From: Chloroflexota bacterium
GTDB taxonomy: Bacteria > Chloroflexota > UBA11872 > VXOZ01
Assembly (NCBI GenBank): GCA_026710945.1
Contig: JAPOQA010000058.1
Span: 10,688-74,687 of the forward strand
DNA: 64,000 nucleotides
Direction of reading: 5' to 3'
A model generated the notes under the pieces. The model was not told the DNA's origin. It ran no database searches and worked only from the letters and a program-made list of their open reading frames with translations. Below, piece after piece: positions 47,662-58,842 of the stretch (its first letter is position 1; every line of letters begins with the position of its first letter). A program made the position numbers and the translations under genes.

Positions 47662-48863
47662 GAAAGGAGTTCTACAAATTCGTCAAATACATATTGATTG
47701 TCTTGTGGTCCGGGGCAAGCCTCAGGATGGTATTGCACGCTTAGAATTGGCAAGTCCTGGTGGCGAAGGCCTTCGACCGACCCATCATTGAGACTGATGT
47801 GGCTGACGCGGAATCCGGACTCTTCAGGGATGCTGCTCGCGTCAACTTGAAAACCATGATTTTGGGTGGTGATGTGCACCTTCCCGCTCTCCGTATCCTG
47901 CACCGGGTGATTGGCGCCGCGGTGACCAAATTTGAGGCGGCTTGCTCGGGCGCCCGCGGCCAACGCGATAATCTGGTGGCCCAAACAGATGCCCAACATC
48001 GGATAGCGATGCATGAGCCGAGCCGTAGTCTCGACGGTTGCGGCGACCGCGCCGACTTCCGGATCGCCCGGACCATTGCATACAACGATTCCGTCCGGAT
48101 CCAGACTGCAAATCTCCTCATATCGAGTGCCGTACGGCACCCACAGGACCTCGGCGCCTCGGCTTGTAAGGGAACGGGCAATATTGTGTTTGCCCCCGGT
48201 GTCGATCAGGACAAGGCGTTTCTGCGCGGCGGACTGTGGCGGCAGTTGCCACGGTTCCCAGGGCGCGTGAGAGGTATGCTCACCTGAATTTACCGAGACC
48301 TCGCCCACGACGTCGTGGTCCGAGAGCGGAGTGACGTGCCGGGCGCGCGCGACACAGTCATTTACGTACGATTCAATGCCCGTGGTTCGGCCACTCGACC
48401 AAAGATAAGGATCGTAGGCATCATCCGGCAACACGTCTGGCGGCGCTACCGCAAGGACGGCCCGTTTGAAGCCGTATGTGCGCAGGTGTTGGGTAATCGC
48501 GCGCGTATCCAGACCAAATATTCCGGGAATATTGTTGTCTGCCAGGAATGCGTCGAGTTCATCCGTCGCCCGCCAGTTACTGGGATGAGTACAGAGTTCT
48601 CGCACAACGAGACCCGATAGCCATGGATTTACCGACTCCATGTCAACCGGAGTGACACCGTAGTTATTGATGAGCGGATACGTCAGGGTGACGATTTGCC
48701 CGCGGTAGGACGGGTCGGTACAGATTTCCTGATAGCCGGTCATGCTTGTATTGAAGCAAAGCTCGCCGGCGGCATCCTTGGCAGAGCCGAATGCCCGGCC
48801 GAAGAAGACTTTGCCGTCTTCCAAGGCGAGCAGGGCGTGAGGATAGGTATCTGCGTCTGACAC
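47658..48863 (-). CDS. carA: Carbamoyl-phosphate synthase small subunit (glutaminase)
   Basis: N-terminal CPSase_sm domain; class I GATase with catalytic Cys in GICLGHQ. Confidence 0.9.
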   Translation of the reverse strand: MSDADTYPHALLALEDGKVFFGRAFGSAKDAAGELCFNTSMTGYQEICTDPSYRGQIVTLTYPLINNYGVTPVDMESVNPWLSGLVVRELCTHPSNWRATDELDAFLADNNIPGIFGLDTRAITQHLRTYGFKRAVLAVAPPDVLPDDAYDPYLWSSGRTTGIESYVNDCVARARHVTPLSDHDVVGEVSVNSGEHTSHAPWEPWQLPPQSAAQKRLVLIDTGGKHNIARSLTSRGAEVLWVPYGTRYEEICSLDPDGIVVCNGPGDPEVGAVAATVETTARLMHRYPMLGICLGHQIIALAAGARASRLKFGHRGANHPVQDTESGKVHITTQNHGFQVDASSIPEESGFRVSHISLNDGSVEGLRHQDLPILSVQYHPEACPGPQDNQYVFDEFVELLS

Positions 48864-48865
48864 GT

Positions 48866-50203
48866 TTACTGTGCACCTCCTGGTCTGTAGCCGTCAGCCG
48901 TATGGACGAGCCTCCCGTCGACGAACGTCATCGCGACACAGCCGGGGAGCGTTGTTCCCGCGATCGGCGTGTTCTTGCCTTTCGAAGCAAACTTTTCAGG
49001 GTCTACGGTCCACGCGGCACCGAGATCGAGCAGGGCTAAATCCGCCGGTGCTCCTACCGTGATCATTCCCGTCGGTAGGCCAAACACATGGGAGGGTTCT
49101 GACGTCAGTTTGCTTATTAGTGTTTGCAGAGAAACCCTGCCGTTTTGCACCAACTGAAAAACTTGCGAGAATGCAGTTTCTAGACACGAGATGCCTGAGG
49201 CCGCTTCGCTAAACTCGCAGAGCTTGTCGGTTGTACTGTGGGGTGCGTGGTCCGTGGCAATCGCGTCGATTGTGCCATCGTTCAAAGCCTCAATGAGGGC
49301 TTCAATGTCTGCTTGAGCGCGGAGAGGCGGTTTGACTTTGGCGTGCGTGTCGTAAGCAAGACCCACGCCTGCGTCTTCTTGCAGTCTCTGAGCAACAAGC
49401 GAATCGGTAAGCGTGAGATGGTGAGGCGTTACCTCGGCGGTAATGCGAATGCCTTGTTGCTTCGCTGCACGGATGATCTCGACGCTGCCACGCGTCGAGA
49501 CGTGGGCGATGTGAATGTGGGCGCCGGTGCGACGCGCCAAGAGAGCGTCCCGCGCCACCATCGTCTCCTCAGCTTCGGCCGGCATCCCGCGCAGTCCCAG
49601 TCGCAAGGAAGTCAGGCCTTCATGCATGACGCCCTCTTGGGCGAGAGAGGGGTCTTCGCAGTGGTTTACGATAGGCTTTCCAACGAGAAGACTGTATTCG
49701 AGCGCGTGTCGCATCATGCGAGCATCGGCTACCGGCATGCCGTCATCGGAAAAAGCAACAGCGCCCGCGTCTGCCAGTGCCGCCATTTCCACGAGCTGCG
49801 TGCCTTCTAAGCCCTGGGTCACGGCAGCGAGAGGAAACACCCGCGCGGACGCGGATTCCCGCGCGCGTTCCAAAATGAGCTCGATAGTTGCCGGGGTGTC
49901 CACTACCGGATCCGTATTCGCCATGCTGCAGACAGTGGAAAAGCCGCCACGAGCGGCTGCCAGCGTGCCGGAAGCAATTGTCTCCTTGTATTCGAAGCCT
50001 GGTTCACGCAGATGACAGTGCAGGTCCACGAATCCCGGTGTGAGTACAAGTCCGCCCGCTTCAATAACGGGATAGTCTGCCGCAGAGAGTGACTCATTGA
50101 TTTCCGCGACTTTACCGTCTCTGATCAGCACGTCTTGCACACGGTCGAGGTTGTTCGCCGGATCGAGCACCCGTGTCCCTGTGATCAGCCAGCTATTGGT
50201 CAT
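48866..50203 (-). CDS. pyrC: Dihydroorotase
   Basis: Amidohydrolase metal motif VDLHCHLREPG; 445 aa, class I DHOase-like. Confidence 0.9.
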   Translation of the reverse strand: MTNSWLITGTRVLDPANNLDRVQDVLIRDGKVAEINESLSAADYPVIEAGGLVLTPGFVDLHCHLREPGFEYKETIASGTLAAARGGFSTVCSMANTDPVVDTPATIELILERARESASARVFPLAAVTQGLEGTQLVEMAALADAGAVAFSDDGMPVADARMMRHALEYSLLVGKPIVNHCEDPSLAQEGVMHEGLTSLRLGLRGMPAEAEETMVARDALLARRTGAHIHIAHVSTRGSVEIIRAAKQQGIRITAEVTPHHLTLTDSLVAQRLQEDAGVGLAYDTHAKVKPPLRAQADIEALIEALNDGTIDAIATDHAPHSTTDKLCEFSEAASGISCLETAFSQVFQLVQNGRVSLQTLISKLTSEPSHVFGLPTGMITVGAPADLALLDLGAAWTVDPEKFASKGKNTPIAGTTLPGCVAMTFVDGRLVHTADGYRPGGAQ

Positions 50204-51147
50204 ACCAACCGCTCCGCCGTGCCTGCGAGCAAATAGAATATTGCCATCCGTACCGCGACGCCGTTAGTTACCTGTTCCTCGATAACGGCCTGCTCGCCGT
50301 ACGCAAGCTCAGGCGAGATTTCCACGCCCTGGTTCATAGGGCCGGGGTGCATTATGAGCGCATTGGGACGAGCGCGCTGCAACCGCCGGCGGGTGAGTCC
50401 GAATCGGACGGCATATTCACGCAAGGAAGGCAACAACCCACTTGCCATGCGTTCGCGCTGCAGACGCAACATCATAACGACGTCTGCGTCCACGATCGCT
50501 GCATCGAGATCATATGAAATCGAAACTTGAGGCATGTCCTCAGTAATGCCGAGGATCTCAGGTGAGAGAAGGGTGGGCGGCCCACAGAGCACAATCTCGG
50601 CCCCCAATCTGCCAAAACCCCAGAGATTGGATCGCGCCACGCGGCTATGTAAGATGTCACCCACGATTACGAGCTTCAATCCTTCGAGAGTGCCAAGCCG
50701 CTGCTGGACCGTATAGAGATCGAGCAGAGCTTGACTGGGATGGGCGTGCCAGCCATCTCCAGCATTTATGACGGAAGCGTTTAGCCAGGACGCGGCGAGG
50801 TAGGGCGCGCCGGCTTCCCAATGGCGCATGACTATCATGTCTGCACCCAGCGCTTGTAGGGTGCGCATAGTATCAACCAACGACTCGCCCTTGTCGACAC
50901 TGCTTTGGCTCGCGGATACATTAACAAGATCGGCGGAGAGGTTCTTCGCTGCCAACTCAAATGAGGAGCGCGTGCGGGTACTGGCTTCATAGAACATGTT
51001 GACAATAGTCTTGCCGCGTAATGTCGGCACCCGCCGGATCGGTCGGGACAGAATTTCCGTCATGGCGGAGGTAGTCTCCAGCAGGAGCATGATTTCCTCG
51101 GACGAGTAGTCATCGAGATCGAGGAGGTCTCTATGCGCCAGAGGCAT
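50200..51147 (-). CDS. pyrB: Aspartate carbamoyltransferase catalytic subunit
   Basis: STRTR carbamoyl-phosphate binding motif (FYEASTRTRSSFE) and HPGP (HPLP-type) motif IMHPGPMNQGVE. Confidence 0.9.
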   Translation of the reverse strand: MPLAHRDLLDLDDYSSEEIMLLLETTSAMTEILSRPIRRVPTLRGKTIVNMFYEASTRTRSSFELAAKNLSADLVNVSASQSSVDKGESLVDTMRTLQALGADMIVMRHWEAGAPYLAASWLNASVINAGDGWHAHPSQALLDLYTVQQRLGTLEGLKLVIVGDILHSRVARSNLWGFGRLGAEIVLCGPPTLLSPEILGITEDMPQVSISYDLDAAIVDADVVMMLRLQRERMASGLLPSLREYAVRFGLTRRRLQRARPNALIMHPGPMNQGVEISPELAYGEQAVIEEQVTNGVAVRMAIFYLLAGTAERLV

Positions 51148-51753
<606 letters not shown>

Positions 51754-51761
51754 CTACGCAC

Positions 51762-51794
51762 AAAAAAACTTCCTGCCTGCAGGCAGGCAAGAAG
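51762..51794 (-). terminator. pyr leader attenuator terminator (hairpin plus U7 on the minus-strand transcript)
   Basis: Minus-strand RNA cuucuugccugccugcaggcaggaaguuuuuuug; 9-bp perfect GC-rich stem followed by a U run, 60 nt upstream of the pyrR start. Confidence 0.6.
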
Positions 51795-51814
51795 CATCCA
51801 AGTATATCTGGGCC

Positions 51815-51840
51815 CCTCTTACCTGCCTCGCGGGACGGGT
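51815..51840 (-). promoter_or_regulatory. Putative PyrR-binding loop (anti-antiterminator) in the pyr leader
   Basis: Minus-strand RNA ...cccgUCCCGCGAGGCagguaag resembles the PyrR binding-loop consensus (UCCNGNGAGGC), placed just 5' of the attenuator. Confidence 0.4.
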
Positions 51841-52116
51841 TTAAAGAGAAGTTTTCTTCAGTCTAGAATAACAGACATCGCCAGCCTGTGCAATTGGCCA
51901 GAAGCAAGTGAGAACTTGCGGTAGCAACAACCATAACACCCTACAATTGGGATTTGAAAAGTATTTCCGTCGTTGGTAGAATACCGCAGGGAAGTGTAAC
52001 CGGCGCTTCTCTGTTGCGGTAGCATGATTTGCTAGTGTCGTTGAGCACTAGTATGATGCTATGCAACGATTGCTATATAATGTGGTTCGACTAGCACGGG
52101 AAAGGCAGCGAAAAAC

Positions 52117-52596
52117 GTGCCCACGGCGCTCTATCCTGGGAGCTTTGATCCAGTTACGAACGGACACATGGATATAATTGCCAGGGCGTCTCGAATCTTC
52201 GATGGGCTTTTCGTTGGAGTCTATGCAAATCCCAGGAAGGATGTGCTCTTTTCCTTAGAAGACCGCGTGAAAATGCTTACGACGGCCGTGAAGCAGTGGC
52301 CCAATGTTGAGGTAAGGAGCTTTGCGAACCTTACGGTGGAGTGTGCGCATGAACTCGGCGCGCAAGTGCTGGTACGAGGGTTGCGGGCGGTAACGGATTT
52401 TGAGTATGAGTTTCAGCTTGCCGCCATGTATCAGCAACTTCGTCCCGACCTTGAAGTCGTCTGCCTCATGACATCGGTGAAGTATTCATTTTTAAGCGCG
52501 AGTCTTGTTAAAGAAGTCGCCAAGCTAGGTGGAAATGTTGACGCATTCGTACCGGAGGTGGTTGCGGCACGATTGCGTGAGGTGCAGACTATGTGA
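52117..52596 (+). CDS. coaD: Phosphopantetheine adenylyltransferase
   Basis: GTG start; ALYPGSFDPVTNGHMDII (HxGH nucleotidyltransferase motif); 159 aa. Confidence 0.9.
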   Translation: MPTALYPGSFDPVTNGHMDIIARASRIFDGLFVGVYANPRKDVLFSLEDRVKMLTTAVKQWPNVEVRSFANLTVECAHELGAQVLVRGLRAVTDFEYEFQLAAMYQQLRPDLEVVCLMTSVKYSFLSASLVKEVAKLGGNVDAFVPEVVAARLREVQTM

Positions 52597-52680
52597 AGGC
52601 TCATAGCACGGCTTCATGTGGGATATGGGTTATCTGTGATGAACGCATGAGACGGGCGGATGACAAAAGGGGTAGCCAGG

Positions 52681-53187
52681 ATGGACATTTTTGCACTAAT
52701 TGAACGTTTAGAGGCTCTCGTCAACACAGGCCAACGGGTTCCCTTTGTCAATAAGATTATGCTAGACGAGCAAGAGTGCCTCGACGTTATTGCGCAGATG
52801 CGAATGTCAGTGCCTGATGAAGTGCGGCAAGCAAGGCGCATGCTTCAGGAGCGCAGCCGCATCCCCGAACAGGCGCGCCTGGAGGCCGAACGCATTGTGG
52901 CGATTGCCCATGAGCAGGCGGAGGAGATACTCTCCGAGCACGGCCTCGTTCGCGCGGCGGAAGATAACGCGCGCGGGATTGTGGAGGAAGCCGAAGAGCA
53001 GGCGAGTGAAATCCAGCGAGAATCGGACGCCTACGCTGTGCGGTCCTTGACCGATCTGCGCACACGACTTGAACAACTGCATGAGCGCGTGCAGATTTTC
53101 CTGGAAGCGATGGCAGATACGGAACCTGAGACGGTTACTTCCGCTCGCACAAGAGGCGATCGTAGCTCGCAGGGTTCGGCAGAGTAA
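52681..53187 (+). CDS. Hypothetical coiled-coil protein
   Basis: Start set at MDIFALIERL with AGGGG RBS. Highly charged, helical, with heptad-like EAER/EEAEEQ segments. Conserved position between coaD and DUF177. Confidence 0.45.
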   Translation: MDIFALIERLEALVNTGQRVPFVNKIMLDEQECLDVIAQMRMSVPDEVRQARRMLQERSRIPEQARLEAERIVAIAHEQAEEILSEHGLVRAAEDNARGIVEEAEEQASEIQRESDAYAVRSLTDLRTRLEQLHERVQIFLEAMADTEPETVTSARTRGDRSSQGSAE

Positions 53188-53195
53188 GACAAGCC

Positions 53196-53750
53196 ATGGA
53201 TAGGCTGACCTTAAATGTGGCCGGGCTTCTCCAAGATATGTCTGGCACGTTGCGTAGTCACGAGATTGAAGGGTTCCTTCCCAATTGGAAAGACATTTCC
53301 CTTGTCACACCAATTGAAGGCACGATTGAATTGGCCCATGCGGGGAAAGGCATTGTTGTCAGAAGTGATCTACATGCTACGATAGAATTACTATGTTGCC
53401 GGTGCTTAGACGCTTTTGATGAAGATGTGCTAATTCAGTTTGAAGAGATGTACTACCCGGTCTTCGACCTGGCAACGGGTAAGGCAATTCGACTCGATCA
53501 CGATGACATAGAATCCGAGTTTCTCATTGAAAGTGTCGACCGTCTAGACCTCAGCGAGGCGGTTCGACAGTACATAGAGATCGGCCAACCGCTTATGCCC
53601 CGGTGCCAGCCGGATTGCCTCGGTATATGTCCGGAGTGCGGCGGCGATCGGAATAATAGTTTTTGTAGGTGTGTGGATGAGACGCCGGACGTGCGATTGG
53701 CGCCATTGCAGGATATGCTGCAGAAAATGGGGCAAGAGCGACCGGCGTGA
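53196..53750 (+). CDS. YceD/DUF177-family protein (large ribosomal subunit biogenesis-associated)
   Basis: Two CxxC pairs (CCRC ... CPECGG) in DUF177 arrangement. Canonically upstream of rpmF. Confidence 0.8.
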   Translation: MDRLTLNVAGLLQDMSGTLRSHEIEGFLPNWKDISLVTPIEGTIELAHAGKGIVVRSDLHATIELLCCRCLDAFDEDVLIQFEEMYYPVFDLATGKAIRLDHDDIESEFLIESVDRLDLSEAVRQYIEIGQPLMPRCQPDCLGICPECGGDRNNSFCRCVDETPDVRLAPLQDMLQKMGQERPA

Positions 53751-53780
53751 AGATGAGCGCATGATATTTGTGAGGTGACA

Positions 53781-53972
53781 ATGGGCGCACAACCAAAGAA
53801 GAAGATTTCGCGTTCGCGACAAGGCAAACGACGCTCGCATCTGAACAACCTGAGCGTGCATTTGATAGCGTGTCCGAGGTGCCGCCAACCGGTGCCTTCC
53901 CACACGGTATGCTCGTTTTGCGGTTACTACCGCGGTCAGGAAGTCTTGGAGATAGAAACTCCGGGCTCCTAG
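53781..53972 (+). CDS. rpmF: 50S ribosomal protein L32
   Basis: MGAQPKKKISRSRQGKRRSH...CPRCRQ...CSFCGYY; basic N-terminus and Cys4 zinc ribbon of L32. Confidence 0.85.
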   Translation: MGAQPKKKISRSRQGKRRSHLNNLSVHLIACPRCRQPVPSHTVCSFCGYYRGQEVLEIETPGS

Positions 53973-54378
53973 GGCCAATTCTTGACGGTATCCTGCCTGC
54001 TTTCCGCATTGCCGCAATTGCACGCTTTGCCATGGTGCGGTCAAGTGCCGCATGGGTTGGAAGTTGTGGTCCGGCATGTTTTGCTTGTCGTATTGTACCG
54101 GGCTTCTGCATTCCTCAAAGTGGCGAGGCGCCAACTCCGGGTCATGTTCTCAATGACTAGCTTCGGCATGCTGGGGGCAGGATGCCCAAATTGGGTTAAG
54201 TAATTGGTCCCCACCCACTCGCCCATTCCATGTGCAATCAGGTGTTGCTGCAAATGGGATTCGGCCAAAGCGTGTACAGTGTCATAGAGTGGAATCTTGA
54301 TGCGTTGGCTGGATGAAAGTCAGCATGGCGGGGCAGAAGTGCCTTGCAGCGCTACTTGTGCAGATCGGAAATGGAGCG

Positions 54379-55359
54379 ATGGGAAGTAGAGCATACATTT
54401 TCCCGGGTCAAGGCGTGCAACGAGTAGGCATGGGCGCGGATGTAGCGGCACACTCTGCTGCTGCAAAGCGTGTCTACGCTGCTGCGGATGACGTCCTGGG
54501 CACGGAATTGACAGCGCTGAGCTTCGAGGGCCCGCTCGGAGTTCTCTCCGAAACGCGTAACGCGCAACCTGCCATTTTCACTGCCAGTGCCGCATGCTTG
54601 GCTGCCTATCTGGAGGCTTGTGGCGTGGAGGCAGTAACGGATCTGCCGGACGCGCTGCAGCCTGCTTTGGTTGCCGGACATAGTATCGGTGAATTCACCG
54701 CCCTGTATGCAGCCGGGGCGCTCTCATTGGAGGACGGGCTGCGGCTGGTGCAGACTCGAGGAGAGCTTATGCAACGCGCTGTTGCAGACGCGCCAGGCGG
54801 AATGGCGGCTGTGATTGGCGTCTCGCCCCAGGTTGTCATGCAGCTCTGCGCGCGAGCGCGGAGCGCTGATGTGCGGAGCATTGTGACTATTGCCACTTTC
54901 AATACGCCTCAACAGGTTGTCATCGCAGGAGATAAGGCTGGATTGGACAGCGCCATCGTTCTGCTGAAGGAACACGGCGCACGGCGCATCGTGCCTTTAA
55001 GGGTTGGCGGCGCATTTCACACGCAGGCGATGGCGCCGGTGCAGGATGAATGGCGAGCCGCGGTAGCTGCAGCGCCGCTCCTGCCGCCGTGTATTCCAGT
55101 CGTAGCCAATACAACCGCCAATATCGCTACCACGGTGGAGGCCTTGCGGCACGAACTTTCTGTGCAGGTCACGTCTCCGGTGCGCTGGGCAGCGACAATA
55201 GACATGCTCTTGCGAAGAAACCTGAATCCAATCTATGAGTTTGGGCCGGGCGCCGTCCTGACCAAAATGATCGGGAGCATCGCTCCGGCAACCACGGCAA
55301 CGGCGATAGATTCCCAGCAAGCGGCCCTGCGCGCAGCCGAATCCGGCGTGGTCGCATAG
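54379..55359 (+). CDS. fabD: Malonyl-CoA:ACP transacylase
   Basis: AYIFPGQGVQRVGMG and the active-site pentapeptide GHSIGE (GHSLGE-type). Confidence 0.85.
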   Translation: MGSRAYIFPGQGVQRVGMGADVAAHSAAAKRVYAAADDVLGTELTALSFEGPLGVLSETRNAQPAIFTASAACLAAYLEACGVEAVTDLPDALQPALVAGHSIGEFTALYAAGALSLEDGLRLVQTRGELMQRAVADAPGGMAAVIGVSPQVVMQLCARARSADVRSIVTIATFNTPQQVVIAGDKAGLDSAIVLLKEHGARRIVPLRVGGAFHTQAMAPVQDEWRAAVAAAPLLPPCIPVVANTTANIATTVEALRHELSVQVTSPVRWAATIDMLLRRNLNPIYEFGPGAVLTKMIGSIAPATTATAIDSQQAALRAAESGVVA

Positions 55360-55512
55360 ACCTGGTGTAGTCATACTGAAGCGCCGGCACGAGTGTTAGG
55401 CCAGTCCGAAACTGTGTTGAGCGATTCAGGTAGTTTGCATAATTCTGTGCGCGAATGCATTCAGGTCGAAGTATTCAGGCAAACAGCAGTCTAACTACGT
55501 GAAGGATGAACT

Positions 55513-56253
55513 ATGAAAGGGCGGGTTGCGCTGGTCACTGGCGGGTCCGGTCATTTAGGTGCAGCCATTTGCGCGCGGCTTGGCAAAGAGGGGGCTCACG
55601 TGGTTGTGCACTACCATAGTGGCGCTGAGGCGGCTGAGCGAGTCGTAGCAGATATCGCCGCGGAAGGTGGCAGCGCCAGCGCAGCCCGGGCTGACGTAAC
55701 CAATTCCGACGAAATTGAAGATATGGTCAAGTCCGTCCACAACGATTGCGGACAGATAGACATTCTCGTCAACAATGCCGGCATTACGCGGGATACATTG
55801 TTCGTGCGCATGTCTGAAGCAGATTGGGATGCTGTGGTCGATACCAATCTGAAATCGGCGTTCCTTTGCAGTAAGGCGGTTGTGCGCAACATGCTGCGGA
55901 CGCGCTACGGACGTATCGTCAATGTCTCCTCGATTGGCGGTTTCATGGGCGCGCCGGGTCAGGCGAACTATTCTGCCTCCAAGGCCGGGCTCTGGGGGTT
56001 TACACGGTCGCTCGCGCGCGAAGTGGCGACGCGAAACGTTACGGCGAATTGTGTTGCGCCGGGCTATTTCGGCGGCCCCATGACGGACTCTATTCCGGAA
56101 GACACGGTCGATACAATTCTGAAGATTATCCCCCTGGGACGCTATGGCGATCCCCACGAGCTTGCGGCTGCCGTTGCCTTCCTGGCTTCTGAGGAAGCTT
56201 CGTATATTACGGGTCAGATACTCATCGTAGACGGCGGCATTATGATGTATTAG
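55513..56253 (+). CDS. fabG: 3-oxoacyl-ACP reductase (SDR)
   Basis: VALVTGGSGHLG Rossmann motif, NNAG, and the catalytic YSASKAG (YxxxK) motif. Confidence 0.8.
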   Translation: MKGRVALVTGGSGHLGAAICARLGKEGAHVVVHYHSGAEAAERVVADIAAEGGSASAARADVTNSDEIEDMVKSVHNDCGQIDILVNNAGITRDTLFVRMSEADWDAVVDTNLKSAFLCSKAVVRNMLRTRYGRIVNVSSIGGFMGAPGQANYSASKAGLWGFTRSLAREVATRNVTANCVAPGYFGGPMTDSIPEDTVDTILKIIPLGRYGDPHELAAAVAFLASEEASYITGQILIVDGGIMMY

Positions 56254-56401
56254 AGGCGAGTGAATCGTCTGAAGCGGCACGCCACCATGGGCCTTGACGA
56301 TTGTAAGAAGAGGGGCCAGGAGCTACAGTACGGCGAGGTCAGATGCTGTGCAGGCGGAGACCCTCTCTAAGGCTGCCACAAAACTAAACCTAGGTAGTTT
56401 G

Positions 56402-57736
56402 GTGTTTCAAAAAATCCTCATAGCCAATCGCGGCGAGACGGCGCTCCGAGTGATTCGGGCCTGTCGTGAGTTAGGAATCTCCACGGTAGTGGCTTACTCG
56501 GATGCGGACCGTGAGTCTTTACCGGTCCATTTGGCCGATGAAGCCGTATGCATTGGACCTGCCCCCGCGAGCAAGTCCTATTTGAATGTACCGAGCATCA
56601 TTAGTGCCGCCTTCATTACGGGCGCCGAGGCCATTCACCCTGGCATTGGCTTCTTGGCAGAAGACACGTACTTTGCCGAGATCTGCGAGAAATACGGCAT
56701 TACCTTCATCGGTCCCAGTCCGGACGTCATTCACGCGATGGGTGACAAGACCAATGCCAAGGCGGAGATGCGCAAAGCGGGTCTGCCCGTTATTCCTGGC
56801 CGGGACTCCCCGGTCAGGAATGCAGCGGATGCTCTGGAGGATGCTGATTCCATTGGGTACCCGGTGGTACTCAAGGCGGCCGGAGGCGGCGGGGGACGAG
56901 GCATACGCTTCGTGGGCGATGAGAAAGAGATGGCGACGGCGTTTCCGGTGGCCCAGGCGGAAGCTCAAGCGTCATTCGGCAACGCGCGGCTGTATTTGGA
57001 GAAGTACATCTCTCCTGCCCGCCACATTGAGGTTCAGATCCTCCGGGACGGTCAAGGCAACGCGATCCAACTGGGCGAACGCGATTGCACCATTCAGCGG
57101 CGGTATCAAAAGCTCATCGAGGAGTCGCCGTCGCCGGTGCTCGATTCCTCGGTACGGGAAGCCATCGCCACGGCGGCACTGCAAGGAGTCAATGCGGTTG
57201 GCTATACGTCTGCGGGCACGGTGGAATTCTTGGTCGATTCGGCGCTGAATTACTATTTTATGGAAATAAACTGCCGCTTACAGGTGGAGCATACGGTTTC
57301 GGAAAGCACGACCGGCATTGATCTCGTTCGGGAGCAGATCGCCGTTGCAGCCGGTAAGACCCTTAGGTATAGCCAACAGGAAGTATGCTTCAGGGGGCAT
57401 GCCATCGAGTGTCGGATAACCTCCGAAGACCCGGAACATGAATTCCGGCCGGAAAGCGGTGAAGTGACGAGCTTTCTCGCCCCCGGCGGCCCGGGCATCC
57501 GCGTCGACTCTCACCTCTATAGCGGGTACACAATTCCCCCTCACTATGACTCGCTGATTGCCAAGATAATTGCCTGGGCGCCCGATCGTGCTGAGGCCAT
57601 AGCACGCATGTTACGGGCGCTGGACGAGTGTGTCATCGACGGCGTGAAGACGAACCTTGAATTCCACCGCAAAGTCCTCCATGCTCAGAGCTTCCGGGAA
57701 GGCAGTTTCGATGCGAACATGCTCAATCTCCTATGA
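56402..57736 (+). CDS. accC: Acetyl-CoA carboxylase biotin carboxylase subunit
   Basis: KILIANRGETALRVIRA N-terminus, ATP-grasp GGGGRGIR, C-terminal biotin-carboxylase domain. Start set at an in-frame GTG/TTG (VFQKILIANRGE). The upstream 36 codons of the raw ORF are unlikely to be coding. Confidence 0.8.
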   Translation: MFQKILIANRGETALRVIRACRELGISTVVAYSDADRESLPVHLADEAVCIGPAPASKSYLNVPSIISAAFITGAEAIHPGIGFLAEDTYFAEICEKYGITFIGPSPDVIHAMGDKTNAKAEMRKAGLPVIPGRDSPVRNAADALEDADSIGYPVVLKAAGGGGGRGIRFVGDEKEMATAFPVAQAEAQASFGNARLYLEKYISPARHIEVQILRDGQGNAIQLGERDCTIQRRYQKLIEESPSPVLDSSVREAIATAALQGVNAVGYTSAGTVEFLVDSALNYYFMEINCRLQVEHTVSESTTGIDLVREQIAVAAGKTLRYSQQEVCFRGHAIECRITSEDPEHEFRPESGEVTSFLAPGGPGIRVDSHLYSGYTIPPHYDSLIAKIIAWAPDRAEAIARMLRALDECVIDGVKTNLEFHRKVLHAQSFREGSFDANMLNLL

Positions 57737-57845
57737 ACGGTCGACTCTGTTTCTCTGCAGAAACCAATGTCATGGCTGCGCGGGCGCTGCGTAGTACCGC
57801 GTCTATGGGACGGTCGCTCTGCAGAGCGAAAGTGAGTGACGACGA

Positions 57846-58316
57846 ATGACGGCACGTACTGCCAATGTTTCCAATAGACGAATTCACCCGCGCCGCCATG
57901 CGCGTGTGGCTGCTATGCAGGTGCTCTTCGCGCTAGACATGTCTGATGAGTCTCCGGACGTTGTGCAGAGCAAAGTGGAGTACATGGCGAAAACCAAGGC
58001 AGAGGCGCGCGAACTCTTGGAGGGTCTCGTCTCCGGTGTCCGCGCTCACCTGGCGCAGATCGACGAGAAGATTCAGCATGCCGCGTCAATGTGGCCCATG
58101 GGTCAGATGGCGCTGGTCGACAAAGCCATCATGCGCCTTGCCGTATACGAGTTGCTCTATGTGCCCGAGACACCCCCTAAAGTTGTCATAAATGAAGCAG
58201 TAGAACTGGCAAAGATCTACGCCTCCGACAACTCCCCCCGCTTCATAAACGGTGTGCTCGCGACAATCTACGAACGCGACGTGGTGAACTGCCCGGACAA
58301 CAGCACATCTGCTTGA
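57846..58316 (+). CDS. nusB: Transcription antitermination factor NusB
   Basis: RRHARVAAMQVLFALDM is the NusB ARxxAxQxLF signature; 156 aa. Confidence 0.85.
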   Translation: MTARTANVSNRRIHPRRHARVAAMQVLFALDMSDESPDVVQSKVEYMAKTKAEARELLEGLVSGVRAHLAQIDEKIQHAASMWPMGQMALVDKAIMRLAVYELLYVPETPPKVVINEAVELAKIYASDNSPRFINGVLATIYERDVVNCPDNSTSA

Positions 58317-58428
58317 GATCGTTGCTACTCTTGATGGTAGCCCCGGTACCGGTTTGCTATACTATGTTTGAATCAATTGCAGAAGTCTCTGTTCCGGGTT
58401 AGGCACGCAAAGAACATTCAGGGGAGCA

Positions 58429-58731
58429 TTGGTGGCTGTACACAGCTCTGACGCATTGCGAGAGTTTCTTGCAGATGGAGATTTTAATCCTAGGCAAGCT
58501 GCCAGGCTGGCATTGCTTGTTGAGGGCATAGTAAGTGATAATGCACAAAAATTTGCAGCCAAAAACGACTTAGATCGACTTGCAACTAGGGACGATCTGC
58601 AGCAATTTGTCACTAAAGAAGACCTCAAGAAAGAGCTCAAGATTCTTGAGCAAGGAATGACCATCAAATTGGGGTTGATAGTTTCTGCTGCAGTCGGCGT
58701 GCTTTTTACGCTGTCGCAGGTGTTTCCCTAA
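58429..58731 (+). CDS. DUF1640-like coiled-coil protein with C-terminal membrane anchor (low-GC islet)
   Basis: Repeated xKxDLxxL heptads (AAKNDLDRLATRDDLQQFVTKEDLKKELKILE) then hydrophobic tail IKLGLIVSAAVGVLFTL. Local GC is markedly below the window average. Confidence 0.5.
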   Translation: MVAVHSSDALREFLADGDFNPRQAARLALLVEGIVSDNAQKFAAKNDLDRLATRDDLQQFVTKEDLKKELKILEQGMTIKLGLIVSAAVGVLFTLSQVFP

Positions 58732-58842
58732 TTCAAATTGTTACATTGCCCGAGGCAAGTAACGTATGCTAGGCATGATACAAGTACAACTCGGCATACT
58801 TGAATTGGGATAGGGTTGCGATCAGTGCGAGGGAATGTAGAA

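Noticed and set aside
54041-54268. 75-aa minus-strand ORF in the rpmF-fabD gap
   Set aside because: It has no RBS, no homology and odd composition. The gap is more likely regulatory, and this was left as an open question in the findings.
56294-56401. 36-codon N-terminal extension on accC
   Set aside because: Biotin carboxylases begin at KILIANRGE. The extension has no homology, and an in-frame GTG/TTG sits at the expected start.
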